Source: the human T2T-CHM13v2.0 reference genome, Homo sapiens. Taken from it: 64,000 nt of DNA. The notes under the pieces were generated by a model. It made no database searches, had not been told where the DNA came from, and worked only from the letters and a program-made list of their open reading frames with translations. The stretch lies in assembly GCF_009914755.1 (NCBI RefSeq), contig NC_060938.1; one strand, given 5' to 3'. A program made the translations under genes and the position numbers. Positions 49,033 through 62,839 of the stretch are shown here, piece after piece; within the stretch, counting starts at the first letter, position 1, and every line of letters begins with the position of its first letter.

Positions 49033-49469
<437 letters not shown>

Positions 49470-49649
49470 TTAGGAGTTCAGTGAGTTCAGGAAGGAATAC
49501 AGTGGTGGACATGAGGAAATGGTTCAGAATCCAACCTGTTTTTCAAATGTGTCTTTACCTGTGCTGAACACAGGAATTGAAACACAATAGATGCCTAATA
49601 AATATTTGTTAAACCCAAACATGAGTGGATAAATAATTAAACAAATATA

Positions 49650-50100
49650 GTTTTATATACATATAAATATATATTTATATATTTATACATATAAAATATA
49701 TTTATATATTATATTTATACACATAAAATATATTTATATATTATATTTATACATATAAAATATATTATATATTATATTTATACATATTTATACATATAAA
49801 TATATTATATATTATATTTATATATATTTATACGTATAAATATATATATTTACATTACATATAAATATATATATTTACATTACATATAAATATATATATT
49901 TACATTACATATAAATATATATATTTACATTACATATAAATATATATATTTACATTACATATAAATATATATATTTACATTACATATAAATATATATATT
50001 TACATTACATATAAATATATATATTTACATTACATATAAATATATATATTTACATTACATATAAATATATATATTTACATTACATATAAATATATAAATA
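49650..50100. repeat. AT-rich minisatellite; 10 perfect 25-bp units at 49841-50090
   Basis: Unit TATATATATTTACATTACATATAAA counted directly; degenerate related units upstream. Confidence 0.97.
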
Positions 50101-51083
50101 TACCTATATACTTAATCTTCACAATTCTGTGAGGTAGGGATTATCTGCATTTGAATGAGAAGCCAAAGGAATTTAAAAAGAGAAGTAGCCAAGGCTGTAA
50201 TTTATTTGAGCAACCTTCAGAAGGAAAGTTGAGGAAGTTGCAGAAGAAAAGTTGGAAGACAGCAGAGGTTGGTTTGTTAAGTTTAAGGACAGAAGCCATC
50301 TCCATAACATAAAAGTGAAAGGTGAAGTAGCCAGTGCTGATGTTGTAGCTGCAGCAAGTTAACCAGAAGATCTAGCTAAAGTAATAGATGCAGTTAGCTA
50401 CAATAAACAATGGATGTTCAATGTAAACAAAACAGCATAATAGCATTCTATTAGAAGAAGATGCCATCTAGGATGTTCATAGCTAGAGAGGAGATGTCAA
50501 TGCAAGCCTTCAAAGCTTCAAAGGACAGGCTGACTCTCTTCTTAGGGGATAATGCAGCTAGTGACTTTAAATTTAAGTGAGCCAAGGCTTATTTACCATT
50601 CTGCTAACCTTAGGACCCTTAACAATTATGCTAAATCTACTCTGCTGTGCTCTATCAATAGAGTGACAAAGCCTGGATGACAGCACATATGTTAAGAGCA
50701 TGGTTAACTGATTATTTTAAGTCCCTTGTTGAGACCTGCTGCTCAGAAAAAAAAATAATTCCTTTCAAAATATTACTGCTCACTGACAATGCACCTTGTC
50801 CCCCAGGATCTCTGATGGAGATGTACAAGGAAATTTATCTTGTTTTCATGCCTCCGAACACAATATCCATTCTGCAGCCCATGGATTCAAGGAGTAATTT
50901 TGACTTTCAAGTTTTATTATTTAAGAAATACATTTTATAAGGCTACAGCTGCCATAAATAGTAGTTCCTCTGATAGATATAGGAAAAGTAAATTGAAAAC
51001 CTTCTGGAAAGGATTAATCATTCTAAATGCCATTGAGAATGTTCATGATTTATGGGAGGAGGTCAAAATGTCAACCTTAATAG

Positions 51084-52159
<1,076 letters not shown>

Positions 52160-53871
52160 AAAAGAAGTTTTGAAAAAGTTGGTTTCAGCCCTAATGGATG
52201 ACATGAAGGCATTCAAGACTTCAATGGAGAAAGTAACTGCAGAGTGGTGGAAATAGCAAGAGGACCAGAATTAGAAGTGGAGCCTGAATATGTGTCAGAA
52301 TTGCTTCAATCTCATGATAAAACTTGAATGAATGAAGAGTTGCTTTCTTGCTATGAGCAAAGAAAGTAGTTTCTTGAGATGGAATTTTTCCTGGTGAAGA
52401 TGCTGTGAATATTGTTGAAATGACAACAAAGGATTTAGAATATTCCATAAAATTAGCTGATAAAGCAGAAACAGGGTTTCAGAAGATAGATTCCAAATTT
52501 GAAAGAAGTTCTATTGTGGGTAAAATGCTATCAAACAGTGTCACATGCAACAGAGAAACCTTTCCTGAAAGGTTAAGTCAATTGATGTGTCAAATTTTAT
52601 TGATGCCTTATGATAAGAAATTGCCACAGCCATCCCAATATTCAGCAACAACCACTACCCCGATCAGTGAGCAGCCATCAACATCAAGACAAGATGCTCT
52701 GGGCAACCCTTCTGGGTTCCCATCCACTGCATGGAAGCTTTACTTTCATTTTCACTTACTTTTGCCTTTGCTTTAATAAATCTTGCAGCTGTACACTTTT
52801 TGGGTCTGTGCATTTCTCTACTCGAGCTGTAACACTTGCCACTGTGGCCCACAGCTTCATTCCTTGAAGCCCATGAGACCACGAACCTCTTGATCGAGAA
52901 AAACCTTTGATGGAAGAAGACTTCTCGTCTCCTTTCTGGGAGCCCATCTGGGATTTCTCCAAAGTGGTGAGTAACATTGGACCCCTTTCACTTGCTATTC
53001 TTTCTATCTTCTCACTAGAAATTGGAGGAAAACACAGGGTGCCTGTCAGCCATTTAAAAGCAACAAGTGTGGCTGCCAGACTTAAGACGGGTTTGAGGGT
53101 TTCTGGGAAAGGGCTCTCTAACAACCCCCAGCCCTCTGGTCTGGGAGCATTGGTTTGCCTGGAACCAGTTCCACCTTTCTCTACCTTTCCTGGGAAAAGC
53201 TGAGGGCTGGCTAGAGGTGGAAAACTGTCATCCTGAACTCCCGGCACTGACCTGGTCGAGATCATGGCACAGCAAGAAGCTTCTACTCCACAGCCACCCA
53301 TGTGTGCATTCCCTGCCTATTCTGACCCACGCCTCCTGGGTCCTAACGTCCTCAGAGAAGACTTTCTTGAGGCCCTATCCTCTAGGATCTTTCCTACCTC
53401 TGAGTCTAAGAATATTTTGGCTAGGAGCCTAAGTCGAGTGGGGTGACAATCCAAAGACCCTTGCCCATGGTGCCCCCAGGCTTATTCTTATGCAAATTGG
53501 TATCAATATACTTATACGGGACCTGTCCCTCATAACCTATACCCTAGGCACTACGTGGGACATCAAAAGGCATGTCAGTGGCTGATAGAAGGCCTAGGAC
53601 ATTTTTCCTTTTGTTGCCATAAACTTACTCCAGATTGTAGAGGCTACTTTAATTACCACCTTTCCTGTCTGGGATCAGCAATCAGAACTGTAGAACTTCT
53701 CCACTTTAAGCAGTCAGACTTATGTGCCAAAAACAATATAATAGACAATAGCTCCCCCGATTCAAGTCCAAAGGTCAATGAATATTCTCAGGAGGGCAAA
53801 TAGGGGACAGAAAATTTGGGTACGAAAAGCACTGTTCCAACCTTGGTCCTCCAATTTGCCGCTGCCTACCC

Positions 53872-54268
53872 TAAAAAAAACTTCAGAAGTCTGACTCGTG
53901 TGCTGAGAGAAATTTGGAAACTCTATTGAATTTGGCAGCTTTGGTGTTTTATAATAGGGATCAGGAGAAGCAGGTTGAACGAGATAGACGAGACAAGAGA
54001 AAGGCCATTGCCTTAGTCACGGCCCTCAGGCAGATGAACTTCGGTGACTCTGAAAGAAAGAAGGGCTGGGCAGGCAACCCACCTAACAGGACTTGATATC
54101 AGTGCGGCTCACAGGGGTACTTCAAAAAGGACTGCCCAAACAACAATAAGTCGCACCCTCATCCATGTCGCTTGTGCCAGGGGGAATCACTGGAATGCAC
54201 ACTGCCCCCAAGGGTGAAGGTCCTCTGAGCCAGAGGCCACTAACCAGATGGGCCAACAACAGGACTGA
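53872..54268 (+). pseudogene. gag: ERV gag C-terminal remnant (end of CA plus NC zinc knuckles)
   Basis: ETLLNLAALVFYNRDQE resembles HERV-W Gag; degraded knuckle QCGSQGYFKKDCP; TGA at 54266-54268. Confidence 0.88.
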
Positions 54269-54819
54269 GGGTGCCTGGGGCAGGTGCCAGCCCATGCCAT
54301 CACCCTCACAGAGCCTCGGGTAAGCTTAACCATTGAAGGTCAGGAAACTAACTTCCTCCTGGACACTGGTGAGGCCTTCTCAGTTTTACTCTTCTGCCCT
54401 GGACAACTGTCCTCCAGATCTGTCACCATCAAAGGGGTCCTAGGACAGCCAGTCACTAGGTATTTCTCCCACCCCCTAAGTTGTGACTGGGGAACCTTAT
54501 TTTTCTCACATGCCTTTCTTATTATGCCTGAGAGCCCTACTTCCTTACTAGGGAGGGACATATTAGCTAAAGCAGGGGTCATTATATACTTAAATATAGG
54601 AGAAGGAATACCTGTTTGTGCCCTCTACTCCATGAGGAAGTTAATCCTGAAGTCTGAGCAGAGGAAGGACAATACGGACTAGCAAAAAAATGCTTATCCA
54701 GTTCAAGTTAAATTAAAAGATCCTACCTCCTTTCCTTATCAAAGGCAGTACCCCCTCAGACCAGAAGCCCAACAAGGGTTACAAAAGATCGTCAAAGACC
54801 TAAAAGCACAGGGACTAGT
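54269..54819 (+). pseudogene. pro-pol: ERV protease plus first codons of RT
   Basis: FLLDTGEAFS (DTG at 54362-54370) and LLGRDIL; then RQYPLRPEAQQGLQKIVKDLKAQGLV before truncation. Confidence 0.9.
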
Positions 54820-55959
54820 CACTCACTCCTGCTTGCTAAATTTATTTAATGTCACCCTTACCGAAATTCACAAGGCCTCCAGCCAGAATCCAACTGACTG
54901 CTGGATGTGCCTCCCCTTACGCTTTAAACCATATGTCCCAGTTCCTGTTCCCGAACATTGGAATGCCACCAAACTAAGAACAAACACCACAGGCTTGGTG
55001 GGCCCTTTAGTCTCAAATCTAGAAATAACACATACACCAAATCTCACCTGTGTAAAGTTTAGCACAACCATTGATGCAGCTGCCTTCCAGTGCAAAACAT
55101 GAATTACCCTACCTCCACGACTCTCTTGCTTACCATCAGGAATCTTTTTTTTTGTGGTTCCTCAGCTTACCGCTGCTTAAACGGTTTCTTCAAAAGTCTA
55201 TGCTTTCTCTCCTTTTTGGAGCCCCCTATGACTATCTATACTGATCAGGAGTTACAGAATTTTCTTCTACCCAAATCTTCTACAAATGGGCACAAGTTCT
55301 GCCATTCATTATCAGGGCTGGGATACTAGGAGGACTAGGAACCAGCATTGGAGGCATTACCACCTCCCCCCCAGTTCTATTACAAATTAGCACAAGAGTT
55401 AAATGATGATATGGAATGAGTCGCAGATTTGCTGGTCACCTTACAAAGCCAGCTTAACTCTTTAGCAGCAGTAACCCTTCAAAATCGGAGAGCATTAGAT
55501 TTATTAACAGCCGAAAGAAGTGGAACCTATCTTTTTCTAGGAGAAAATGCTGCTATTTCGTTAATCAATTCGAAATTGTCACTGGGAAAGTTAAGGAGCT
55601 TTGAGACCGGATACAGCGCTGGGCACAAGAGCTCCAAGACACAGGATCTTGGAGTATTGTCAACCAATGGATGTCCTGGCTTCTCCCCTTCTTGGGACCC
55701 TTGGTGGCTATTGCGATGTTGCTTATCTTTGGACCCTGCATTTTTAACCTTCCTGTAAAAATTGTCTCTTCCAGAATAGAATCCATAAAACTGCAAATGG
55801 TTCTATAAATGGAGCGCCAAGTAACCACCACTAGCATCTACTATTGAGGACCCTTAGACCGACCTGCCAACCTGTTCTCGCACCACAAAACTGAAGACTC
55901 CCTTCCCGAGGAAACCTCAACTACAGAGCCCCTTCTACGCCCCAGCAGGAAATAGCTAG
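54820..55959 (+). pseudogene. env: Syncytin-1/HERV-W-related env remnant (C-terminal SU plus TM), disrupted
   Basis: QNPTDCWMCLPL, LVGPLVSNLEITHTPNLTCVKFS, immunosuppressive domain LQNRRALDLLTAERSGT, GPLDRPA tail; stops and frameshifts. Confidence 0.9.
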
Positions 55960-56015
55960 AACGATCTTTGCCCAACTTCCCAACAGCACTTGGCCTTTCC
56001 TGTTGAGAGAGGGGA

Positions 56016-56469
56016 TGAGGGACTAAGTGGCTAAGTTGGCCAAAATGAGTCATAGCTGCAAGCTAAGGGATTGAAACTTCAACCAATGAAAGGGGACTTT
56101 CCCCTAAGCCAAAGTAAGGCATAGCTGCAAGCTAAGGGATTGAAACTTCAACCAATCAAAGGGGACTTTCCCCTAAGCCAAAATGAGTCACAGCTGCAAA
56201 CTAAGGGATTGAAACTCCAACCAATCATATAGGGAGTTTATGCTCTAGCTGCAGCCTAATGTTTTTAACCAATCAGGCCTGCCAACACTAGCAGATAGAA
56301 AATAAGCTAATCCTATAGGACAGAAAAAGGAAAAGGGGAGGAGTCATAAGGGGATATAAGCATAAACATAACACACCCAAGCCAGAAATGGCAACCCCTT
56401 CTGGGTACCCTTCCACTGGGTGGAAGCTTTCCTTTCGCTTTCACTTTAATAAATCTTGCCGCCACACAC
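56016..56469 (+). promoter_or_regulatory. 3' LTR U3-R with 69-bp repeats (NF-kB, AP-1, CCAAT), TATA and AATAAA
   Basis: GGGACTTTCC 56093-56102 and 56162-56171; TGAGTCA 56046-56052 and 56184-56190; CCAAT x4; TATAA 56355-56359; AATAAA 56448-56453. Activity unproven. Confidence 0.75.
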
Positions 56470-59400
56470 ACCCCCACACAAAAGACCCTCCACCAAGAAA
56501 AAGATTACAACTCACTGAATAGTCAGATGATTGTTAGCATTATTTAGCAATACAGTGTTTTAAGTTGTGCACATTTTTAAAAACATAATGCTATTGCACA
56601 CTTAATAGACTACAGCATAGTATAAACATAACTTTTATACGTACTGGGAAACCAAAAAAAAAATTGTGTGACTTATTTTATTGTGATATGTTCTGTATCG
56701 TGTCGGTCTGCAATCAAACCCACAATATCTCAAGGTATGTCTGTATTTTTCTCTCTAAGTTCTGATATTCTGATAGCCTTTGGGTTTGTGTTGGTTATTT
56801 TGTTGTTATTGTTGTTAGTCTCCAGACCATAAGTGAAAATATATTGTGTAAAGGTACATTGTATCCTCAACTTTACAATTGTTTTAGGTGTTTTTTTTTT
56901 AAGATTTTATCCTTTAATATACATATAACCTGAATTATTAACATTTTAAAATGCAAGACTACTTCTAGAAGCTTCTTATAGCACTTTAAATAGTTTTCTG
57001 TTGATTAACATAGAGGCCATTAGTTGAGCTCTCTTTGGTGGAAACGTTGCTAACACTGCATATTGGCATCAGAATCCACAATTCTTGAATATCTTACCAC
57101 TGCCCACAATTTGGCACTTGGAGTTGAGTAAAGTAAATTACTTTTTTACAGTTCATGATATTTTAAAATCATTTTCGATGCCTGGGATTTCAAAATTCAT
57201 ATAAAACTAAAGCATATGTCCTTTTAAAATCCTAGCAATCTGTCATTTAATTGACTTGCTTGTGCTTTTTTTAAGCAAATAATAAAAATGTCTAAAATGA
57301 TTTGAAAGCTCTCGGTAGTATATCACATTCTTTTCTAACATTTAATGGACATGACTGTCTACATATTTTAGGACCTGGTATAATCTTTTAACTTTACTTT
57401 TTCTTTGCTTGTGTAATTAAAGGGTGGAGTTGGTACACAATTTAATAGTGTTCCTTTTTTCTCCTCAGAAATAACAAATTGGGTGACTAAACTTTTTAGC
57501 ATAGTGTACATTGGTCTATAAAATACAACTACAAACCAAATTTTTATGATACTGTATACAAGATGATATGTGTTTTAGATGTAATCTAGATACCATAGCT
57601 GACTTGATGACGACATTACAGTTAGCTATCCCAGGCTCAAAATCATGAGTGAGCCTTCAGGAACGTGCCTGATAGAAAACAGCCCTTAAACATCCAAACT
57701 CTAAGAAAGAGAAGTTCACAGTAAGTTAGCAGTAAACACTCACATTCTCTAAGTCAGCCAAATACAAGAAGCATGAGCATAGAGCCTATGTCCAAACTGT
57801 TTTAGCTAACCATAAGATTCAGTGTAGTGTTTTGAGCCTGATAAACACTAAAATCATGATACGATAAAGTTCTTTCCTTCCATCATTTAACAAAATTCAA
57901 TCCATCAAATGTACAGTGAATGTCCACTATATGTCAGGCTTATGCCAGGCATGAAGATAAGATGAATGACACAGATTCTGCCATCAAAGAGCTCACAATT
58001 TAGGGAAAGAGACAGGCACATAAAAAAATTAACTACAAATATGTGGCATGTAGTCTAAAAGAAGGAGATAAAAAATGTCATAGTTAGTTACCTAGCTAAG
58101 ATAGCAATGGATTTTTATCATCAACGCTACTATCATCACAATCCATGCTCTATATTTAGAAATGAAGATCAAAATATTATAAAATTAGAATATAATTTTT
58201 TAGTTTTTCCAATGCTTATAATATAAAGGTCTACATGCATGTCCAAATACACCAGTGTGTGTATTACTTTATATGTCATTGAACACTGTCTCATGCACCT
58301 CTTGACTAAGTAATGCTATTTGTGGGGGTTATGGCTATGACAACTACAAGTTAAGTGACTAGGGAACCACTTAATATTCTAATTTCATAATGCCAAATGT
58401 CCCTTACTCTACCTGATGCACCATATCACAGAATACTTATCATGACAAATTGAGAAATTATGACTACTCTTCATTCTAGGTTTTACTTATGAGAATGGTA
58501 CAAGAAATATTCACCTATATCTCCAGATATTACATTTCTACTGACTGAAGTTTTAAAAGTGCAAGTAATTAGCCTGGAGCAAGTTTGATTCCATTTTGAC
58601 TAATAATTTTTCAGAGCTCAGTTTTGGATTTTTCATTATTTTACTCTTCTTTCAAGTTTACCATGTACCTTCCAACAGCAATCTGCTTCTGTACCTCCAA
58701 GTGATGAAATTTCATTGAGGATACTTTCACAGCCCGTCATTATCACTCAGGATTAGCTTGGAAGATTTTACAATGGGTGAAAAAATGTTCCTTCTCTCTC
58801 CCTGTCACCCTCCATTATAATTCTAACCACTGTAGAAAACTAAATTTCTCACTTTGATCAGGGAGGAGAAAACTTGGGGCTAGAGGCAGATTAAGAGTCC
58901 CATAAGCAGATTTAGAGCATCATAAGTGGGTGGTAAGGTAGTTAGCATTTAACAAACAGTAAATAGACGCCAGGCACTGTGGTCAGGTATGTGTATATTA
59001 ATAGAATGCATCACTAAAAAAATCTTGTGAGGTTAGAATTTTTGTCTATATTTTAGTAGAAGATGCAAATTGAATCTTAGAAAGTCATTGAGCTATTAAA
59101 TGGTAATATGGGATTCAAATCCAATGGAAGCCTGAATGAATAGCAAGTGCAAAATTGAGGGACGTGGGGTATGACATCATCAGAGATTTGGCTGAAAATC
59201 TTGGCAAGTACAGTGGTAAAGTAAGAAACTGAATTCAAGTAGGTAGAAGTTGGGGAGGGAAGGCACACAGTTCCCACAGTCCTCTATCTAGCTCTCTGAC
59301 TCTTCTTCAAAATTGGATTCATGAGGTTGGTAAGTTAAAGTAGTCAGGGATAACAAGGGAACAATGATGGTTCAGTGTTCTAATGGGTTGGGAATTGGGG

Positions 59401-59689
59401 ATTATGCTTACACAATGTAGAATTAGGAAGATATTTATTAGCTTGAAAAAGAACATCTGTTCATTGAAAACTATTATGAAAACCCTTATGGCTGGCTGGT
59501 GTCAATGCTGCAGTGGGTAACCAAAGCGGGAATTTCAAATGTGTAAGGAATGATCATGCACACCAAGATCTCACAGAAATGGGGTGGCCTTGATACATTG
59601 GATTGGGAACAAAAGGTTGGGTTCTTTATTAATAATTTGCATCACAGACTTTCTAGTGGCCTTATGCAAATCATTCAAACCCCAAAGTA

Positions 59690-60069
59690 CAGTTAATAAT
59701 ATATCACTTAATGATGGAGGGCTCCATTCTGAGAACAGTGTTGTTAAGAATTTCGTTGTTGGGTGAACATTATAGAGCTCATGTACACAAACATAGATGA
59801 TAGCGCCTACTACAAATGTAGGCTATATGGAATAGGCTATTGTTTCTAGGGGCTGTCCTGAATACTGTAGGCAACTGTAACATAATGATAAGTATTTGTG
59901 TATCTAAACATATTTCCACACAGAAAAAGTAACATGTTGCATCATGACATTATGACAGCAATGACATCACTATGCCATAGGAATTTTTAGCTCCACTATA
60001 ATATCATGGGACCACTATCATATATGCAGTATGCTGTTGACCAAAATGTCATTATGTAGCATATGACTG
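59690..60069 (+). mobile_element. Tigger3/MER7A-like MITE inserted in a MIR
   Basis: TA|CAGT...ATGACTG ends; cattctgagaa and catgggaccac motifs. Confidence 0.8.
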
Positions 60070-60374
60070 TGCCGTGTCCTTATCTGTACAATAGAAAAAT
60101 TATTCCTACCACTAATACCTCATTGAGAAGTTGATTTTTCAAAAAAAATAATTGTTTTAGGAGATATTAATATGAAAGAAAGCTTTCATTTGTAAGCCTT
60201 TTGTAGGGTCAATAATTAGTTGAAAGTATATTCCAATGGCTAATGTTTGTAACAATTTGGCTAGTCTGTGGTGATTGGCTGGTCAAACACTAATCTAGCT
60301 ATTACTGTAAAAGAAATTTTAAAGAAGTTATTAACATTTACAATAAGTTGCTTTAAGTAAAGCAAATGCCTTTT

Positions 60375-60655
60375 CCTAACGTGCATGGGCCTCATCCAAT
60401 CAGCTGAAAGCCTTAAGAGCAAAAACTGAGGTTTCCTGAAGAAGAAAGAATTCTGCTTCTAGGCAGCCTGAGTTTCTTGCCTTTGGATTCAAGACTGCAA
60501 CATCAACTTTTACTTCAATTTCCACCCTGTAGCTAGCTGTGTGGATTTCAGACTTCCCAGCACTCACAATCTTGTGAGCCAATTCCTTAAAGTAAATCTC
60601 TAGATAGAATGATAGACAGATAGATATAGATAGATGATAGATGCTAGATATAGAT

Positions 60656-60697
<42 letters not shown>

Positions 60698-60745
60698 GAT
60701 AGATTGACAGATGGATAGAGATCTAAAGCTCTCCTGTTCATATTA
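60375..60745 (+). mobile_element. MLT2-type ERVL LTR fragment containing a GATA repeat
   Basis: gggcctcatccaatcagctgaa and gtgagccaattcctta motifs. Confidence 0.8.
60600..60722 (+). repeat. Compound (TAGA)n STR; 10 perfect units at 60657-60696
   Basis: Counted directly. Confidence 0.95.
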
Positions 60746-61621
60746 TCTCTTTTATTTTGAGTTCTTTGCAGATAGGTATTTTTAACCCCCAGTGCTCTAA
60801 AACTGTTAATATCTTTCCCCCGTGATTTTAAGAGTTTTACTTACGACATTTGTTTATTTCAGTGATTGGCAATTGTTAGGATTATACCTCATTCAAAAGA
60901 CAGTAAATAAGAATATGTAGATCAAAATGGAACATCAATATTTATCACCCATGAATTAATCAAAATTGAAATTCACAGAAACTTATTAAAATATCGAATA
61001 CTTTATCAATTAGATAGGGGAAAGATTGAAAATTTAGTAGTGTGTTAGAAGATAATATGCAAATGATGAATAAATTTCTTTTTGGCAAGTAAAATATTCC
61101 ATAACATTTTTAAATAAAAAGCAATTTTCATTTTTTATTGAATAATGCCTCATATCTAACTGAAGATTTAAATTACTGATGTCTCAAATGCACCAGCAAG
61201 CCTTTTCTTCACTCAAATATTTACATCAACTTGATCAACTTTACTTTCAGCTCCATTCTTCTTTGATTTGGCATATGAAAGGAAAACATCATTTTATTTG
61301 AGTTAAATAAGAACTGATTTCTTTTTCTTCAATTCTCTAGAATTGAAAAGCTATGAAATGAGGTTTATTTGGGCTTAAGTTATTCATTCATTCATTCACT
61401 TCAAAGTTAATATTAAGCATCTACTGCATAGATTGAATCAGAGGATTTTCAACACCAAGGATGGGATGAAAGTTTCTAAGCCTTGGTCACTGCCCTACAT
61501 GTGCTATCACCTCCATGAGGAGACAAAGCACACATACACTCTGATAATGAGGGAAGCTACATTTAACTAAATGCCATGATAAGTGCTACAGTAACTCAGA
61601 GAAAAAAATTAACGTGTGATT

Positions 61622-62465
61622 GATGTGAGAAAGAGAAAAGTAACCTCTCACACCCAGGAGCTGGCCTGGCAGGATCACTCAGGAGTTGGTGGTGGTACTT
61701 GCTATCTTGGCCTTCACAGCCAGATGATGGGGTTCTTCTGCTAAGCATAAACAATTTCATAGAACATTAACATCAGACAAGGCCACTTCAGGGCCTCATC
61801 AAGATGAAAGCAAGACCATTCTGTAAGCATGTCTAAACACAGACAAAACGTGAACTCTGTCCAAGCTGCAAAATGGCCATACATTCCCCCATCCTGGCCA
61901 CTGAGGGTGACTCTTGCTTCCCCTGCCCCCATTTTGCATTTGCAGTTTATTTACTGAAGGAGCTGGGATATTTGTCCTGTAGAGTTTCCCATTCTAGTTA
62001 CCCTGTAAAGCAGGGTTCTCTAATCTTTTGGCTTCCCTGGGTCACATTGGAGGAAGAATAATTGTCTTGGGCCACACATAAAATATACTAACACTAACGA
62101 TACCTGATGAGCTAAAAAATAAATAGCAAAAAAAACCTTATAGTATTTTTTAAAAGTTTAGGAATTTGCATTGGGCTGCATTCAAAGCTATCCTGAGCCT
62201 CATGCAGCCCACAAGCCATGTGCTGGACAAGCTTGCTAAAAAAGAGTGACTGCTGCTGCTTTATCAATCACAGTGCTAGCTTTGATCTAGTTTTTCCTCC
62301 TCCTAGATAAAATTTATTAATATACTCAATCATCCACCCAAATCTTGTAAGTCTTTTCTAACACCTTCACTGAGACACTCCATAACTTACCTCACTGCTA
62401 GAGTAACTAACCTGAATTGTTAGTAAACAATAATTAGCTTAACAATGAAGGTAAGACACTACAGG
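61622..62465 (+). mobile_element. MER67-like ERV1 LTR interrupted at 61921-62243
   Basis: cataaacaatttcatagaacattaacatcagacaaggccac motif; resumes at gagtgactgctgc. Family name tentative. Confidence 0.6.
62011..62235 (+). mobile_element. MER30 hAT MITE
   Basis: CAGGGTTCTCTAATCTTTTGGCTTCCCTGGG...GGACAAGCTTG; full length. Confidence 0.93.
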
Positions 62466-62467
62466 CA

Positions 62468-62839
62468 TGTTGTGTCTCAGGAAATAGGGAGGTCCAGGGA
62501 GAGAGACAGATATGGGGAAACTGCTAGTCTGTGGAGCAGTCAGGACACACATATTTATCAATTAAGTGCACTGTATTTTATGGATGTGGTTTATGGTACC
62601 CCAAAACAAGTACAATAGTAACATCAAAGATCATTTATCATAAATTACCATAACAGATATAACAATAATGAAAAAGTTTGGAATATTGAGAATTACCAAA
62701 ATGTGACATAAAGGCATGAAGTGAGCACATGCTGTTGGAAAAATGGTGCTGATGGACTTGCTTGACACAGGGTTGCTATAAACCTTCAATTTGTAAAAAA
62801 TGCAATAGCTGCAAAGCTCAGTAAAATGAGATATGCCTG
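62468..62839 (-). mobile_element. Tigger1 5' end (~370 bp)
   Basis: Minus strand reads CAGGCATATCTCATTTTACTG...ttacaaattgaaggttt...cctgagacacaac. Confidence 0.88.

Larger units (their letters stand above)
52700..56483 (+). mobile_element. HERV-W/HERV9-related ERV1 retrocopy (R-U5-leader-deleted gag/pro/pol/env-U3-R-tail); LTR tentatively LTR61-like
   Basis: R region at both ends, no 5' U3, no 3' U5; PBS 52937-52954; splice donor GTGAGT 52967-52972; PPT before 56016; TSD AAGATGCTC/AAGACCCTC. Confidence 0.88.

Noticed and set aside
49841-50090. Regular 25-bp repeats (also 69-bp repeats at 56039) as a CRISPR-like array
   Set aside because: No unique spacers, no cas genes, eukaryotic context.
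52756-53301. 181-aa antisense ORF over the ERV leader
   Set aside because: No recognisable domain; plausible by chance in GC-richer sequence.
54833-55758. Possible domesticated syncytin-like env
   Set aside because: Signal peptide and N-terminal SU are deleted; multiple stops and frameshifts; furin site and CX6CC motif are damaged.
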